Positions 16,534 to 25,942 are shown, counted from the stretch's first letter. The stretch is 42,922 nt of DNA from a virus (IMGVR_UViG_3300037589_000110:1-42922), one strand, 5' to 3'. Numbers and translations are program-made. The notes: a model not told the origin generated them from the letters alone.

Positions 16534-17336
16534 TGAGCTCAATAAAGAAGGAAACCATAGTTGGTCCCCATCGATTATTAATGGGAAATTGCACCGACAT
16601 TCTGCCAAGCCTCAGTAAATTCGACGCTATTGTTACCGATCCGCCCTATGGCACCACACGCTGCGAATGGGATGAGGTAATACCGTTCGACAGAATGTGG
16701 GAATCATTGAGTTTTGTTCGCAATCCGAAAACACCTGTAATTCTGACTTGCGCACATCCGTTCGCTTCAATGCTGATCTGCAGCAATCTTCGAGATTATC
16801 GCTACGATTTAATCTGGGACAAAGTAAAAGGCACTGGCTTTCTCAACGCGAAAAAAATGCCGATGCGCAATCATGAAATGATTGCTGTTTTCTATTCGAA
16901 GTTGCCTACCTACAATCCGCAGAAAACCAAAGGCCACCAAAAAAAGAAAACCTATCGATCTGCAAAGCATCAGACCGCTGTATATGGACAGACCAAGCAA
17001 GATTATCACTATGATAGCGATGAACGTTACCCCAGAAGCGTACTGACCTTTTCAACCGACACGCAAAACAGTTCTCTGCACCCGACGCAAAAACCAGTTG
17101 AATTGATGCGTTATCTCATCCGGACTTATACGAATCCAGGCGACCGTGTCCTCGACTTCGCTATGGGATCAGCAACTACCGGCGTTGCCGCAATACTGGA
17201 AGGCCGCAAGTTTACCGGAATAGAGCTCAATCCAGATTTTTACGAAATTGCCTGTAAACGGCTTCGTGATGCTTACGATCGGCAAGAAAAAGAGGCGTTG
17301 CAGGAGGCAACCATAGACGAGGTGGGGCTGAGATGA
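16533..17336 (+). CDS. Orphan beta-class N6A/N4C DNA methyltransferase
   Basis: IVTDPPY, HPTQKP, VLDFAMGSATTG, GIEL. Confidence 0.93.
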   Translation: MSSIKKETIVGPHRLLMGNCTDILPSLSKFDAIVTDPPYGTTRCEWDEVIPFDRMWESLSFVRNPKTPVILTCAHPFASMLICSNLRDYRYDLIWDKVKGTGFLNAKKMPMRNHEMIAVFYSKLPTYNPQKTKGHQKKKTYRSAKHQTAVYGQTKQDYHYDSDERYPRSVLTFSTDTQNSSLHPTQKPVELMRYLIRTYTNPGDRVLDFAMGSATTGVAAILEGRKFTGIELNPDFYEIACKRLRDAYDRQEKEALQEATIDEVGLR

Positions 17337-17416
17337 CTGTTGTCAAGCGCCCAGCATCGGAATGGGACGGTGATCGGCGAGGCCCACAGATCCAGCAGGC
17401 CCCGCACGGTTTTGGT

Positions 17417-17854
17417 TCAGGCAGTTGCCGCGATCGGTTCAATCTCCACGACGACGCGCTTTCCCAGTGCATTGAGAGCGCCCTCAAGCCTGGACAGCTT
17501 TGTCGCGTGATGGATGTTCAGGATGCGGCCAACTTCCGGCTGCTTCACGCCAAGGCGATCAGCGAGCTCGGACTGGGTAATACCGCTTTCCCTGAATGCC
17601 TCGACCACAGCCAGCTTCACTGCCATCAAAGGCGGCACGGGAACGACAAAGCCGCCCTCGTGCGCCGCTTCCGGCAATGCCTGGCCCTCTTCAATACGAA
17701 AAGCGATGGCTGCCTCAAGCAATTCGCTTGCTGCGCGCGCGACACCTTGATCATCGTCAGCCTCGCTTATCGCTTCCGGGAAGTCCGGCAGGCGGATATA
17801 GTAGCCACCGCCTTCGCGGGGCTCCAACTCGCCTTGATAGGTTTTTCTTATCAT
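17417..17854 (-). CDS. hicB: HicB antitoxin with C-terminal HTH
   Basis: GGY.I..PDFPEA.S...; C-terminal GITQSELA.RLG...EV.RI....HATKL..LE.AL..LG. Confidence 0.9.
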   Translation of the reverse strand: MIRKTYQGELEPREGGGYYIRLPDFPEAISEADDDQGVARAASELLEAAIAFRIEEGQALPEAAHEGGFVVPVPPLMAVKLAVVEAFRESGITQSELADRLGVKQPEVGRILNIHHATKLSRLEGALNALGKRVVVEIEPIAATA

Positions 17855-17929
17855 GAGCTTGTTCCTTTGGTTGGTGTTGATCGATCAAAGCAATCCGCTG
17901 GCATCGGTTGTGAAACGTGCAACCCGGCC

Positions 17930-18121
17930 TTAAAGGCCAAGTTGCTTTTTCACGATCCGGCAATAGCCGGGGGAAAGTTCACCGCCTTTTATTATTGTCT
18001 GGCGGTCTCCGACATACACTTTCCAGTGGCTGCCCTTCCCTCTTGCCTTGTTGACCGAGAAGTCTTTTCCGCTGGCTTTGGCCAGTTTCTTGAGCTCCCG
18101 GATCAACGCTTCTTGCTTCAT
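17930..18121 (-). CDS. hicA: HicA toxin (mRNA interferase)
   Basis: 63 aa, basic, RGKGSH motif, ends KQLGL, lies upstream of hicB; AGGAG RBS. Confidence 0.88.
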   Translation of the reverse strand: MKQEALIRELKKLAKASGKDFSVNKARGKGSHWKVYVGDRQTIIKGGELSPGYCRIVKKQLGL

Positions 18122-18144
18122 TTAATTCTCCTTTCAATACCCGT

Positions 18145-18201
18145 AATTTATAACATTAATGTTATAGATGCAAGTAAAAAAGAACAAAAATGTTATAAAT
18201 T
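18145..18201. promoter_or_regulatory. Palindromic operator(s) in the divergent hicA / C5-MTase intergenic region
   Basis: Perfect 18-bp palindrome TATAACATTAATGTTATA (18149-18166); 13-bp inverted repeat 18145-18157 / 18189-18201. Confidence 0.7.
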
Positions 18202-18216
18202 TAGGAGGCGAAATAT

Positions 18217-19680
18217 ATGATTGTTGATTCATTTGCAGGCGGAGGCGGTGCGTCCCTTGGCATAGAGATGGCCCTTGGCAGATCACCAGATATCGCTATC
18301 AACCACGACCCGGTGGCGCTGGCTATGCATGAAGTCAATCACCCTGACTGCCTCCATCTCACAGAGAGTGTCTGGAAAGTTGATTTGGATGATTACGTCC
18401 ATGGCGAGCCTGTTGAACTATTATGGGCCAGCCCGGACTGTCGGCATTTTTCGAAAGCACGCGGGTCGGCTCCAACATCGGTATCTGTGCGAGGCCTCGC
18501 CTGGTCGATTGTGAAGTTCGCCCGACAACTCAAGCGCAAAAAGCCGAAAGTAATCTGCCTCGAGAATGTCGAGGAATTCACAACATGGGAAGATTTTGAA
18601 AACTGGAAAAGGGAACTTCGACGGCTCGGTTACAAGATCGAGATGCGCCAATTGCGCGCTTGCGACTATGGGGCTCCGACCATCCGCAAGCGGTTATTCA
18701 TCATTATGCGATGCGATGGACGTCCGATAGTCTGGCCAAAACCAACGCATGGCGACCCTTCCAGCACCGAAGTCCTTGCCGGCAAACTGAAACCTTGGGT
18801 GCCTGCGCACACATGCATCGACTTCTCACTACCCTGCCCGTCCATTTTCGACACTTCCGAAGAAATCATGGAAAAGTTTGGCATTCGGGCAATCCGCCCA
18901 CTGGCTGACAACACCTTGAAGCGGGTGGCGAAGGGTGTGGTCAAATATACGATTGAGGCCGCTGAGCCGTTCATCGTCAATGTCGCAAACTCAAAAACGA
19001 CAGGCCGAGGCCCTAACGTTTGGGGAATGGACGAGCCGCTCCGGACCATTACATCCAGTCCCGGTTTCGCAGTAGTCTCCCCTTCAGTCACGGCTGTTGG
19101 CGGTGGAAAGTCGGCGGTGGTCTCGGCCTTCCTTGCACAGCACAACACAGAGAGGTCTGGCTTCAATCCCGGCAGAGCGGCAACCTCTCCGCTGGCTACC
19201 ATCACCACCCGCGGCACGCAAACACAACTGGTTTCAAGCCATCTGATGAGCATGAAGGGAAGCGAACGTCGTGACTCAGACATGCGTTCACCGCACCCAA
19301 CAGTGCTGGCGAGTGGCAATCACTCGGCAGAGATACGTACCTTTCTCGTCAAGTATTATGGCGCGGGTATTGGCCAGGATATCAAAGAGCCTGCTCACTC
19401 AGTGACCACACGAGACCGGTTTGGTTTGGTGACAGTGCATGTGGGCGGCGAACCGTATGTCATCGTAGACATTGGCATGCGGATGCTGACACCGCGGGAG
19501 CTGTTCAGGGCTCAGGGTTTCCCGGAAAGCTACATCATCGACCGCGGCCCTGACGAAAAGCCGCTCACAAAGACGCAGCAGGTCCACAAATGCGGCAACT
19601 CTGTCAGCCCATGGGTTGCAAAGGCGATCGCCGCGGCAAATTGCGGTTATCTGGCCGCGTCACGCATCGCAGCAGAATAG
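18217..19680 (+). CDS. Orphan C5-cytosine DNA methyltransferase
   Basis: DSFAGGGG, SPDC, LENVEEF, R.RLF, RMLTPREL..AQGFP, GNSV; AGGAGG RBS. Confidence 0.93.
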   Translation: MIVDSFAGGGGASLGIEMALGRSPDIAINHDPVALAMHEVNHPDCLHLTESVWKVDLDDYVHGEPVELLWASPDCRHFSKARGSAPTSVSVRGLAWSIVKFARQLKRKKPKVICLENVEEFTTWEDFENWKRELRRLGYKIEMRQLRACDYGAPTIRKRLFIIMRCDGRPIVWPKPTHGDPSSTEVLAGKLKPWVPAHTCIDFSLPCPSIFDTSEEIMEKFGIRAIRPLADNTLKRVAKGVVKYTIEAAEPFIVNVANSKTTGRGPNVWGMDEPLRTITSSPGFAVVSPSVTAVGGGKSAVVSAFLAQHNTERSGFNPGRAATSPLATITTRGTQTQLVSSHLMSMKGSERRDSDMRSPHPTVLASGNHSAEIRTFLVKYYGAGIGQDIKEPAHSVTTRDRFGLVTVHVGGEPYVIVDIGMRMLTPRELFRAQGFPESYIIDRGPDEKPLTKTQQVHKCGNSVSPWVAKAIAAANCGYLAASRIAAE

Positions 19681-19696
19681 GAAAGGAAGTGTATAA

Positions 19697-20608
19697 ATGA
19701 ACGCACCAGATATCTGCATTTATCACGCAAACTGTGACGACGGTTTTGCTGCCGCCTACGCTGTTTGGAAACGTTTCGGTGACGACGTTCAGTTTGTTGC
19801 CTGCCAGTACGGGTCAGATGCGCCAGATGTTTCAGGTAAAGACGTTCTCATCGTAGACTTTTCATTCAAGAAACTGGAGATGCTCAAACTCGCCGAGCAG
19901 GCCAAACGGATCATCGTCTTGGACCATCACAAAACGGCGGAAACAGAATTGGCTGACTTCCTTCAACTAAATTGCAAAGGCGCACCGCTTGAGAAGTGTT
20001 GGGCTGACCGGGTGACCTCTGGAATTGCCGTCCATTTTGACATGGAGAAATCCGGTGCCAGGCTTGCGTGGGAATATTGCTTTGGCCACACACCGATGCC
20101 GGATTGGTTTGCCGCGATCGAGGACCGTGATCTTTGGCGATTCAATCTTCCCGACACAAAGGAAATCTGCATCAGCATTCGCTCATATCCTCGCGAATTC
20201 ACTGTGTGGGAAGGATTTGAGCGCAATGCTTTAGCACGCGACGGGAAAATCATTCAACGGTACGTGGACCGGATAGTTGGCAACATATGCGAAACCGCCT
20301 TTATTGAGAACATTGGAGGCTATGACGTCCCGGTTGCAGCATGCAGCTACGATTTCGTGTCGGAGACCGGTAATCGGCTGCTTATAGAGTTCCCCGACGC
20401 GCCATTCGCAGCCTGTGTTGTGCGTTCTTTTAACGGCCTCACTTATTCTCTGCGATCGACAGATGATCGCCTAGACGTTTCCGAAATCGCTAAACGACAA
20501 GGGGGCGGTGGGCACCGAAACGCAGCAGGATTCCGCCGAACAGCAATAGTAGCACGCGTCAACGAGCGTGGTTCGATTGTAAACGATAAGGAGAACCGCA
20601 AATGTTAA
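19697..20608 (+). CDS. DHH/DHHA1 phosphoesterase
   Basis: YHANCDDG, IVDFS, LDHHKTA, SLRS, GGGGHRNAAG. Confidence 0.9.
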   Translation: MNAPDICIYHANCDDGFAAAYAVWKRFGDDVQFVACQYGSDAPDVSGKDVLIVDFSFKKLEMLKLAEQAKRIIVLDHHKTAETELADFLQLNCKGAPLEKCWADRVTSGIAVHFDMEKSGARLAWEYCFGHTPMPDWFAAIEDRDLWRFNLPDTKEICISIRSYPREFTVWEGFERNALARDGKIIQRYVDRIVGNICETAFIENIGGYDVPVAACSYDFVSETGNRLLIEFPDAPFAACVVRSFNGLTYSLRSTDDRLDVSEIAKRQGGGGHRNAAGFRRTAIVARVNERGSIVNDKENRKC

Positions 20609-21327
20609 ACCGCACCTATATCGACCAAGTTTCGAAGCATTTGGGCTCGGACAACGCCATTTCAGTGGCCTATCGGCAGAAACGTGAGCGCGATGCCCGA
20701 ATGCGCAATGCCGTCGCCTCTTTCAAGAGCAAGCAGAATGCTGTCGCCCAGAAACTACTCGCACCGAAAAAACCTTCGCGATTGAAATTTCATAAGGACT
20801 TCGGTGCGCGATGGACCGCACTCTGTCAGTACATCATCATTCAGCGTCAAATTAATCGTGCCAGATTCAAACGCAACTGGGAAACGATGGTTAAACTGTC
20901 TTTTGCCGAAAGCGAGGCCCAGAAGCGGGCAATTTTGCAAAACGGGCGTGTTAACCGTCCTGACGGCCTCATAGCCATAATCAATCAGACCCTTGCCAAG
21001 TATAACGAGCATGTCGAGGTGACACGCGAGCAGGTTATGTCACCCAAGCGCCGCAAGGTGCTGGTCTGCCTACGGAGAGAGGTTTTTTGGCGCGCATACC
21101 GGGAAACCGACATGACGCTTACTGGCATTGCCCGCTACTTTGAAATGGATCACACAACGGTCCTGCATGCCGTCCGTCAGTATGAACGCACCCGACGGGC
21201 CCTTCGCGAGCCGGAATTCTGGCGACCGCAGGATCCGCGCTGGCTCCTTAAAGAGACGGTCATACCATTGAAACCGAACGAGAAAGAGAAGCGCTGGCAA
21301 GGCAGCAGGCTCATTTCATTTGCCTAG
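20602..21327 (+). CDS. Protein with DnaA C-terminal (domain IV-like) HTH
   Basis: S..R...LV..R.......Y..T..TL..IA..F.MDHTTVLHAVR signature. Confidence 0.8.
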   Translation: MLNRTYIDQVSKHLGSDNAISVAYRQKRERDARMRNAVASFKSKQNAVAQKLLAPKKPSRLKFHKDFGARWTALCQYIIIQRQINRARFKRNWETMVKLSFAESEAQKRAILQNGRVNRPDGLIAIINQTLAKYNEHVEVTREQVMSPKRRKVLVCLRREVFWRAYRETDMTLTGIARYFEMDHTTVLHAVRQYERTRRALREPEFWRPQDPRWLLKETVIPLKPNEKEKRWQGSRLISFA

Positions 21328-21356
21328 TGCATTGTCGATTATCAATGTTATTCTAC

Positions 21357-21372
21357 GGATTCACGTGAAACT
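21357..21372. promoter_or_regulatory. parS-like palindrome
   Basis: GGATTCACGTGAAACT, 13/16 match to TGTTTCACGTGAAACA, intergenic. Confidence 0.4.
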
Positions 21373-21393
21373 TATTGAAAAGGAACATCGTTC

Positions 21394-22587
21394 GTGTCGT
21401 ACCGATGGATAACCAAGCGACTGGCGTGCTGCCCTGCCCGGGCGCAAGCCCTCGATGCGTGGGCGCGTGGCGTTCTGTCGAATCCGGATCGTGGCAAAGT
21501 CACCCGACGAGGACGCTGCAAGTCATGTGGTGGTCAGGCCCGGGAAATCCAGCGTTTCGTGCGGCCGGAACAATCGCAAGCAATTGCAGGCATGCACCAT
21601 GCCCGTGCCCGCTTCTATGAAATCTTTGCAATTGCGATGGATGATGACTTGCTGGCTCAATACGAGACGGAAGTTCGGCTTGCCAAGGTTAACACTGCAG
21701 CAGAACTCGACCTCTTGGGTCTGGTGCGCTTGGGCGCAGCTGCCCGTGAACTTGAGATGGCAGAAACTGCCCGGGACAAGGTGCTTGCCGACATGCCTCG
21801 GCCGGGCTCGCCTGTACCCGATGGATACCATGCACGTCTGAGCGCTGCCAATCGCAATTTCAAGGCAGCCCAACGAAACCACAAGGCAGCCGCGGCGGTG
21901 GTGAGCGGCATCGCCCAGCGGCGCATGTCCTATCAACAAAAACCCGAGCTGGTGCACGATGAGGTAGATAATCCGTTCGCTCATCGCAATTTTATAACCT
22001 TGGTGGATACCGAACACGGTACGGAAGCCCACCAGGCAAATGAAAAAGAAGTCGTTCTGCGCAACCTGCGCAATGACACATTCCGCAAAATGTTCAATGG
22101 CGGCACAATTGAGCTCTATCAGCTGAAAACCGGAGAACGGCTTCATACCCTGGTCGACATAGTTTCTGGATCAGGTGGAAGCCTGCATATCACGGGCATG
22201 CCGTCTGGCGGAGGAAACAAGCCTTATGTGGATATTCGTGCTGTGGCCGCTCTCGAACTTGCAGACGTTCACAAACGGGCTCGTAACCGCGATGCAGTCA
22301 ATCTGATGATGAAGGTGGCTCACGGTGAAACCCTTCGTGAGCTTTCAGCCAGACTTTACGGAAACACAAACCGTCGGGCGGTCGATGAGGTCGCAGCCGT
22401 GGTTCGCATGGGTCTCGAGGATGCGGCCTGTTCGCTCGGCTTCGCATCTCGCTCGCGATACCACCGGTGCGCCCCGGAAAAGCTTGTCTGGCACAACTCA
22501 GAACCGTCTTTTGAGCCGGCCGTAGGTGATTGGTCCACGTCGGTCCACCCCGCCAACAGACCCCGCCGACCCCGAAAGGAGAATTGA
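21394..22587 (+). CDS. Putative late-gene regulator (DUF6456-like, Q-like position); start uncertain
   Basis: LRND.F..M...G.I...Q...GERL motif and a C-terminal sigma-region-4-like helix pattern. Confidence 0.55.
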   Translation: MSYRWITKRLACCPARAQALDAWARGVLSNPDRGKVTRRGRCKSCGGQAREIQRFVRPEQSQAIAGMHHARARFYEIFAIAMDDDLLAQYETEVRLAKVNTAAELDLLGLVRLGAAARELEMAETARDKVLADMPRPGSPVPDGYHARLSAANRNFKAAQRNHKAAAAVVSGIAQRRMSYQQKPELVHDEVDNPFAHRNFITLVDTEHGTEAHQANEKEVVLRNLRNDTFRKMFNGGTIELYQLKTGERLHTLVDIVSGSGGSLHITGMPSGGGNKPYVDIRAVAALELADVHKRARNRDAVNLMMKVAHGETLRELSARLYGNTNRRAVDEVAAVVRMGLEDAACSLGFASRSRYHRCAPEKLVWHNSEPSFEPAVGDWSTSVHPANRPRRPRKEN

Positions 22588-22590
22588 ACC

Positions 22591-22782
22591 ATGTACCCTT
22601 ATGGAATGATCATTCTCGGCACCATCGTAATGGCAGCCGCTTTTTTTCATCAGGCCCGAATTGCCGATATAGACCATGCCCCGCTCTATTTGGGTGGCTT
22701 CTATGGTGCGCTGCTGACCGGGATATTCCTGCTGTTGTTTTTCTTCATCTTCAAACTCTTGCGTGACTGGATTGTGAAATGA
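22591..22782 (+). CDS. Small two-TM membrane protein
   Basis: Two hydrophobic helices; AGGAG RBS. Confidence 0.6.
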   Translation: MYPYGMIILGTIVMAAAFFHQARIADIDHAPLYLGGFYGALLTGIFLLLFFFIFKLLRDWIVK

Positions 22783-23429
22783 CCATTGTTCGAAAAACCT
22801 CCGCACAGATGCATGGCGGAATGCTGTTTGACTTGGCAAACCCAACAGTCGACCGCATCCGGCCGCTGGATATCATTAGCCAGATGGCCTACATCAACCG
22901 CTATAATGGAGCCACGGAGGGTCGACCGCTTTCCCTGCTCGCTCACTCTTTGCTGGTCTGCGATTTGTGCGAGGATCCGGCTGCCAAGCCATATGCACTG
23001 CTGCATGATGCTCACGAAGCTTATCTGGGCGATATCACGCAGCCACAAATTGCCCTCTATGAAGAGAAACTGCCCGGCTTTGAGCTTATGCTGAAAAGGC
23101 TGAAGGCTGATTACGACAAGCTTATCTTTGAGGCCTTCAATCTGCCACTCGGGATCAGGTTTACGATCAAACGTGATGTGGCTGAGGCGGATGCCCGAGC
23201 ATTGCAATTGGAGGTCCGCGACCTGCTTGCCGAGCCTGAACAAGCCTGGTGCAATCCCGTCGTTGGCTCTCCCGAGCAGTCGGCACTCGATTATTGCGAT
23301 CTTACACCAGAAAAGGCCAAGCTCACATTTATTCTCCGATGCGCCGAGGTTTGGATTGCGCAGGGTTTCTGTCCGCCAGCCTTCACGTCCAGTTATTTTC
23401 GAGAGATTGCAGTGGATGCACTCGGTTGA
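22779..23429 (+). CDS. HD-domain phosphohydrolase (YfbR-like)
   Basis: I.RYNG...S...HS..V...ALLHDAHEAY.GDI..P...AD..AL..E. Confidence 0.88.
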   Translation: MTIVRKTSAQMHGGMLFDLANPTVDRIRPLDIISQMAYINRYNGATEGRPLSLLAHSLLVCDLCEDPAAKPYALLHDAHEAYLGDITQPQIALYEEKLPGFELMLKRLKADYDKLIFEAFNLPLGIRFTIKRDVAEADARALQLEVRDLLAEPEQAWCNPVVGSPEQSALDYCDLTPEKAKLTFILRCAEVWIAQGFCPPAFTSSYFREIAVDALG

Positions 23430-23730
23430 CCGCACCGCCAAGCTTTTTATCGAAAGCGTAGAAACTGCCCTGCCGGAAGCCCGCATCCAGAATGACCGCT
23501 ATCGATCGGACTGGGGCTATTCGCGATATGTCTTCGTCAACTGCGGAAAATGGTGGTTCAAAATCCGCATCTCCGATCATGCTGTGGGTATGAGACGCGC
23601 GACCAGCGGCGAATGCGACCTCTTCCTGAGCGGTGGAGACGGCCCGGCCCGATGGGCGGTGTGGCTCAGCAAAACCGTTGCGATGGTCAACGCCTCCCCA
23701 CTGTTGGGTCCGCGCGCAAATTGTGGATAA
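23416..23730 (+). CDS. Hypothetical protein with SRY...KIRISDH motif
   Basis: ATG 23416 overlaps the end of the HD gene; SRY and RISDH motifs are common in small phage proteins. Confidence 0.6.
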   Translation: MHSVDRTAKLFIESVETALPEARIQNDRYRSDWGYSRYVFVNCGKWWFKIRISDHAVGMRRATSGECDLFLSGGDGPARWAVWLSKTVAMVNASPLLGPRANCG

Positions 23731-23770
23731 CTACAGCTCACTTGACTCGTGCGAGGTAATCGCCGATTTT
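23722..23770 (+). promoter_or_regulatory. Putative late promoter preceded by a perfect DnaA box
   Basis: TGTGGATAA (23722-23730) is TTATCCACA on the minus strand; TTGACT at 23742-23747. Confidence 0.45.
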
Positions 23771-23834
23771 ATGACACAATGGTACAAGACTGCGAAGCGC
23801 AGGTAGCGTTTTCCGGTTTTGTGACTCACCCGAC

Positions 23835-23868
23835 AAACGGCCCGGTTCTTCCGCTGGCCGTTTTTTTT
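23835..23868 (+). terminator. Intrinsic terminator in the late leader (tR'-like)
   Basis: AAACGGCC...GGCCGTTT stem with a T8 tract, just upstream of the first late gene. Confidence 0.7.
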
Positions 23869-23885
23869 CATATCAGGAGACAGAA

Positions 23886-24080
23886 ATGGCTTGTTTAAGC
23901 TGCCAGCAACGCGCGGCAATGATTTCGCGTGCCATCACGGCTGCAAAGGCCGGTGATCGGGCCAGCGTCAACAGAGAGATGCAAGCGATGGGCCGCAGTT
24001 TCAGAACAGATGCGGCCACCGTAGCCGACCAGGCACGGTCTAAAATCGCCAAGGCCATGTCCAGCAGGCCCGGCAACTGA
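23886..24080 (+). CDS. Small protein with N-terminal CxxC
   Basis: AGGAG RBS; MACLSCQQR; TGATG coupling to the next ORF. Confidence 0.65.
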   Translation: MACLSCQQRAAMISRAITAAKAGDRASVNREMQAMGRSFRTDAATVADQARSKIAKAMSSRPGN

Positions 24081-24250
24081 TGAGTCGTTACCGAATTTAT
24101 GTCTGCGACCCGCTCCCGGTACCGCAGCATTTCAGGCTTTCTGGTGACCGTCAGGAATCGGGGACTGATCGGCTTCTGCTAAGCAAGGACGGCGGGGCCG
24201 ATACTGATGCGCTGGGTCTCTCAGGCGACCAGAGGTATGACAATGGCTGA
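24080..24250 (+). CDS. Small hypothetical protein (56 aa)
   Basis: Coupled to both neighbours; MSRYRIYVCDP...; below the ORF-track cutoff. Confidence 0.5.
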   Translation: MSRYRIYVCDPLPVPQHFRLSGDRQESGTDRLLLSKDGGADTDALGLSGDQRYDNG

Positions 24251-25229
24251 ACCAACAGGCGCCCCCCTTGAGGGTCTACCTTCCGCTGGTGCTTTGACTG
24301 GCGCTGAGTTGCTGTATCTGGTTCAAGGCGGCAACAGCAGGAAGGTCGATCTGGATACGGTCAAGGCCTTGTTCGATGCGCAGGGTCTCGACCAGCTGAG
24401 GCTACCTGCCGGCGGCGAGGCCTCGCTGGCTTCTGACGATCATGCTTTCCAGATTGGCGATACGTCCGGTGTCAACCTGATCATGGATGGCAACGAGGTT
24501 CAATGTCGGAGCAATGGCGGCGCTGCTGCTTTAAATCTCAACCCGGCAGGCGGTAATGTTCTTATGGGTGGCAGTGCCTTCATCCAAAGGCCGAATGGCT
24601 GTTTGCTTATTGATGATACAGCTGCAGCGAACATATCAGAAGCGCTTGGCTACCTTTCTATTCGAGCAGGTACTTATGCAGCCAACGGTACCGCTGCTTT
24701 ATTTGGCTGTCTGAATGCTGCGAATGAACACGTCTACATACGCAATAACAGTGGCACTGCCTCAATCAGGCTGGAGTTGGCCGGTGGTGCATCGGCTTAC
24801 AATTTTTCCGCAGCGCAAGCGACGTTCGGTAATGCGCGCCTCTCAAGCATTGCGGATCCTGTAAATGGTGGTGACGTTGCCGACCGAGATTACAACGATG
24901 CTCGATATGCAAGAAAATTCCATGTTTCGACGCTGATCGAGACGCCTGTAGAAAACAAGAACTATTACTTGTGTCTACAGATTCCGCAGGACGTCAACAT
25001 CAACAAAGTTTCTGTTCGAACAGTGGCCGGCACCTGCACGGTAGGCATGTTCGTACACACCGATGCATCCAATACATTTTGGGGGAATGTGGCAGCATCA
25101 ACGGTTGAAAACGTCGAGGACGGCTACACTCCGGTTCTTGCTTATGCCGGCAACAAGATTCGCATCAAAACCAGTTCGGTTAGTGGCGCGCAGGATCTGA
25201 CCGTGGATATCTTAGGAGATTACGCATGA
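24243..25229 (+). CDS. Putative tail/head fibre-like virion protein
   Basis: N-terminal LP.A.ALTGAELL..VQGG.SRKV; Gly/Ala/Asn-rich beta-type shaft; ADP....D.A...Y.D motif. Confidence 0.65.
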   Translation: MAEPTGAPLEGLPSAGALTGAELLYLVQGGNSRKVDLDTVKALFDAQGLDQLRLPAGGEASLASDDHAFQIGDTSGVNLIMDGNEVQCRSNGGAAALNLNPAGGNVLMGGSAFIQRPNGCLLIDDTAAANISEALGYLSIRAGTYAANGTAALFGCLNAANEHVYIRNNSGTASIRLELAGGASAYNFSAAQATFGNARLSSIADPVNGGDVADRDYNDARYARKFHVSTLIETPVENKNYYLCLQIPQDVNINKVSVRTVAGTCTVGMFVHTDASNTFWGNVAASTVENVEDGYTPVLAYAGNKIRIKTSSVSGAQDLTVDILGDYA

Positions 25230-25942
25230 AGCTGGTTAGCGTTGACGACAACAATATCGTCACTCACGTACACCCGGGTTTTCCGGTTCTGCGACAAACC
25301 ACGGCCACGCACAAGATAAACCGCATGCGTGAGCAACTTGATCCATTGCCGACACTTGAGCAGGCAGCAGAAGAGTCCGTGGAGGATTTCGAGTTTCGTG
25401 CACGGCAGGCGCTCGATGCCTGGCTAACCCAACCGCGTGTCGAAGCGATCGAAGAGGAAGTGGAAACGGTCGAAACCATCGAAGGCCGCCATGTTGCCTC
25501 TTGGATCGAGAATGAGCAGCTTGACGAGCTCGTCAGCCGCGGTCTCCGCGTAGTCCGCCAGGCAGACCGGCCGGATTACGAGCCTCGCAATAGTGAACTT
25601 GTTCTGGACAAGATTGCTGTTGGTGACCCTGTCCGTGACTTTGAAGAATGGCAAATCGTGCCATTTGAGCCTGAGCGACTTCGTGAGCTTATTTCAGTTG
25701 AGGTGCGCAACCGGATTTTTGCCGAGGCGGATACCAACACGCAGATGAACATGACAGCCGCTGCAACCTCCGGCTCACTCGATGAAGACGACATGGTGCA
25801 GTACAGGGCAGCATTTGACTGGGTTAATGCGATGCGCACCCGTGCTGCCGAATTGTCCGATACGCTGGATGCGGACTACTTCCTTGATGAGAAGTGGCCA
25901 GAGCCCACGCCGGAGCTGCGCGCCTTCGCTGCCCGCTACTGA
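25226..25942 (+). CDS. Putative fibre assembly chaperone
   Basis: Acidic; C-terminal RI...TQ.N......WV.AMR......D..WP motif typical of fibre-adjacent genes. Confidence 0.55.
   Translation: MKLVSVDDNNIVTHVHPGFPVLRQTTATHKINRMREQLDPLPTLEQAAEESVEDFEFRARQALDAWLTQPRVEAIEEEVETVETIEGRHVASWIENEQLDELVSRGLRVVRQADRPDYEPRNSELVLDKIAVGDPVRDFEEWQIVPFEPERLRELISVEVRNRIFAEADTNTQMNMTAAATSGSLDEDDMVQYRAAFDWVNAMRTRAAELSDTLDADYFLDEKWPEPTPELRAFAARY

Noticed and set aside
17333-18220. 295-aa plus-strand ORF bridging the two MTases
   Set aside because: Antisense shadow of the well-supported hicAB genes, with no recognisable motifs, although it does overlap both neighbours by ATGA
22591-22782. Two-TM protein as a holin
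   Set aside because: No adjacent endolysin, and it lies upstream of the putative late promoter
22779-23429. HD protein as DatZ of a 2-aminoadenine (Z-genome) pathway
   Set aside because: No PurZ, MazZ or phage DNA polymerase seen in the window
22701-23486. Long antisense ORFs (also 5994-6818, 32492-33169, 37020-37697, 38332-39243)
   Set aside because: Shadows of well-supported genes on the opposite strand in GC-rich DNA
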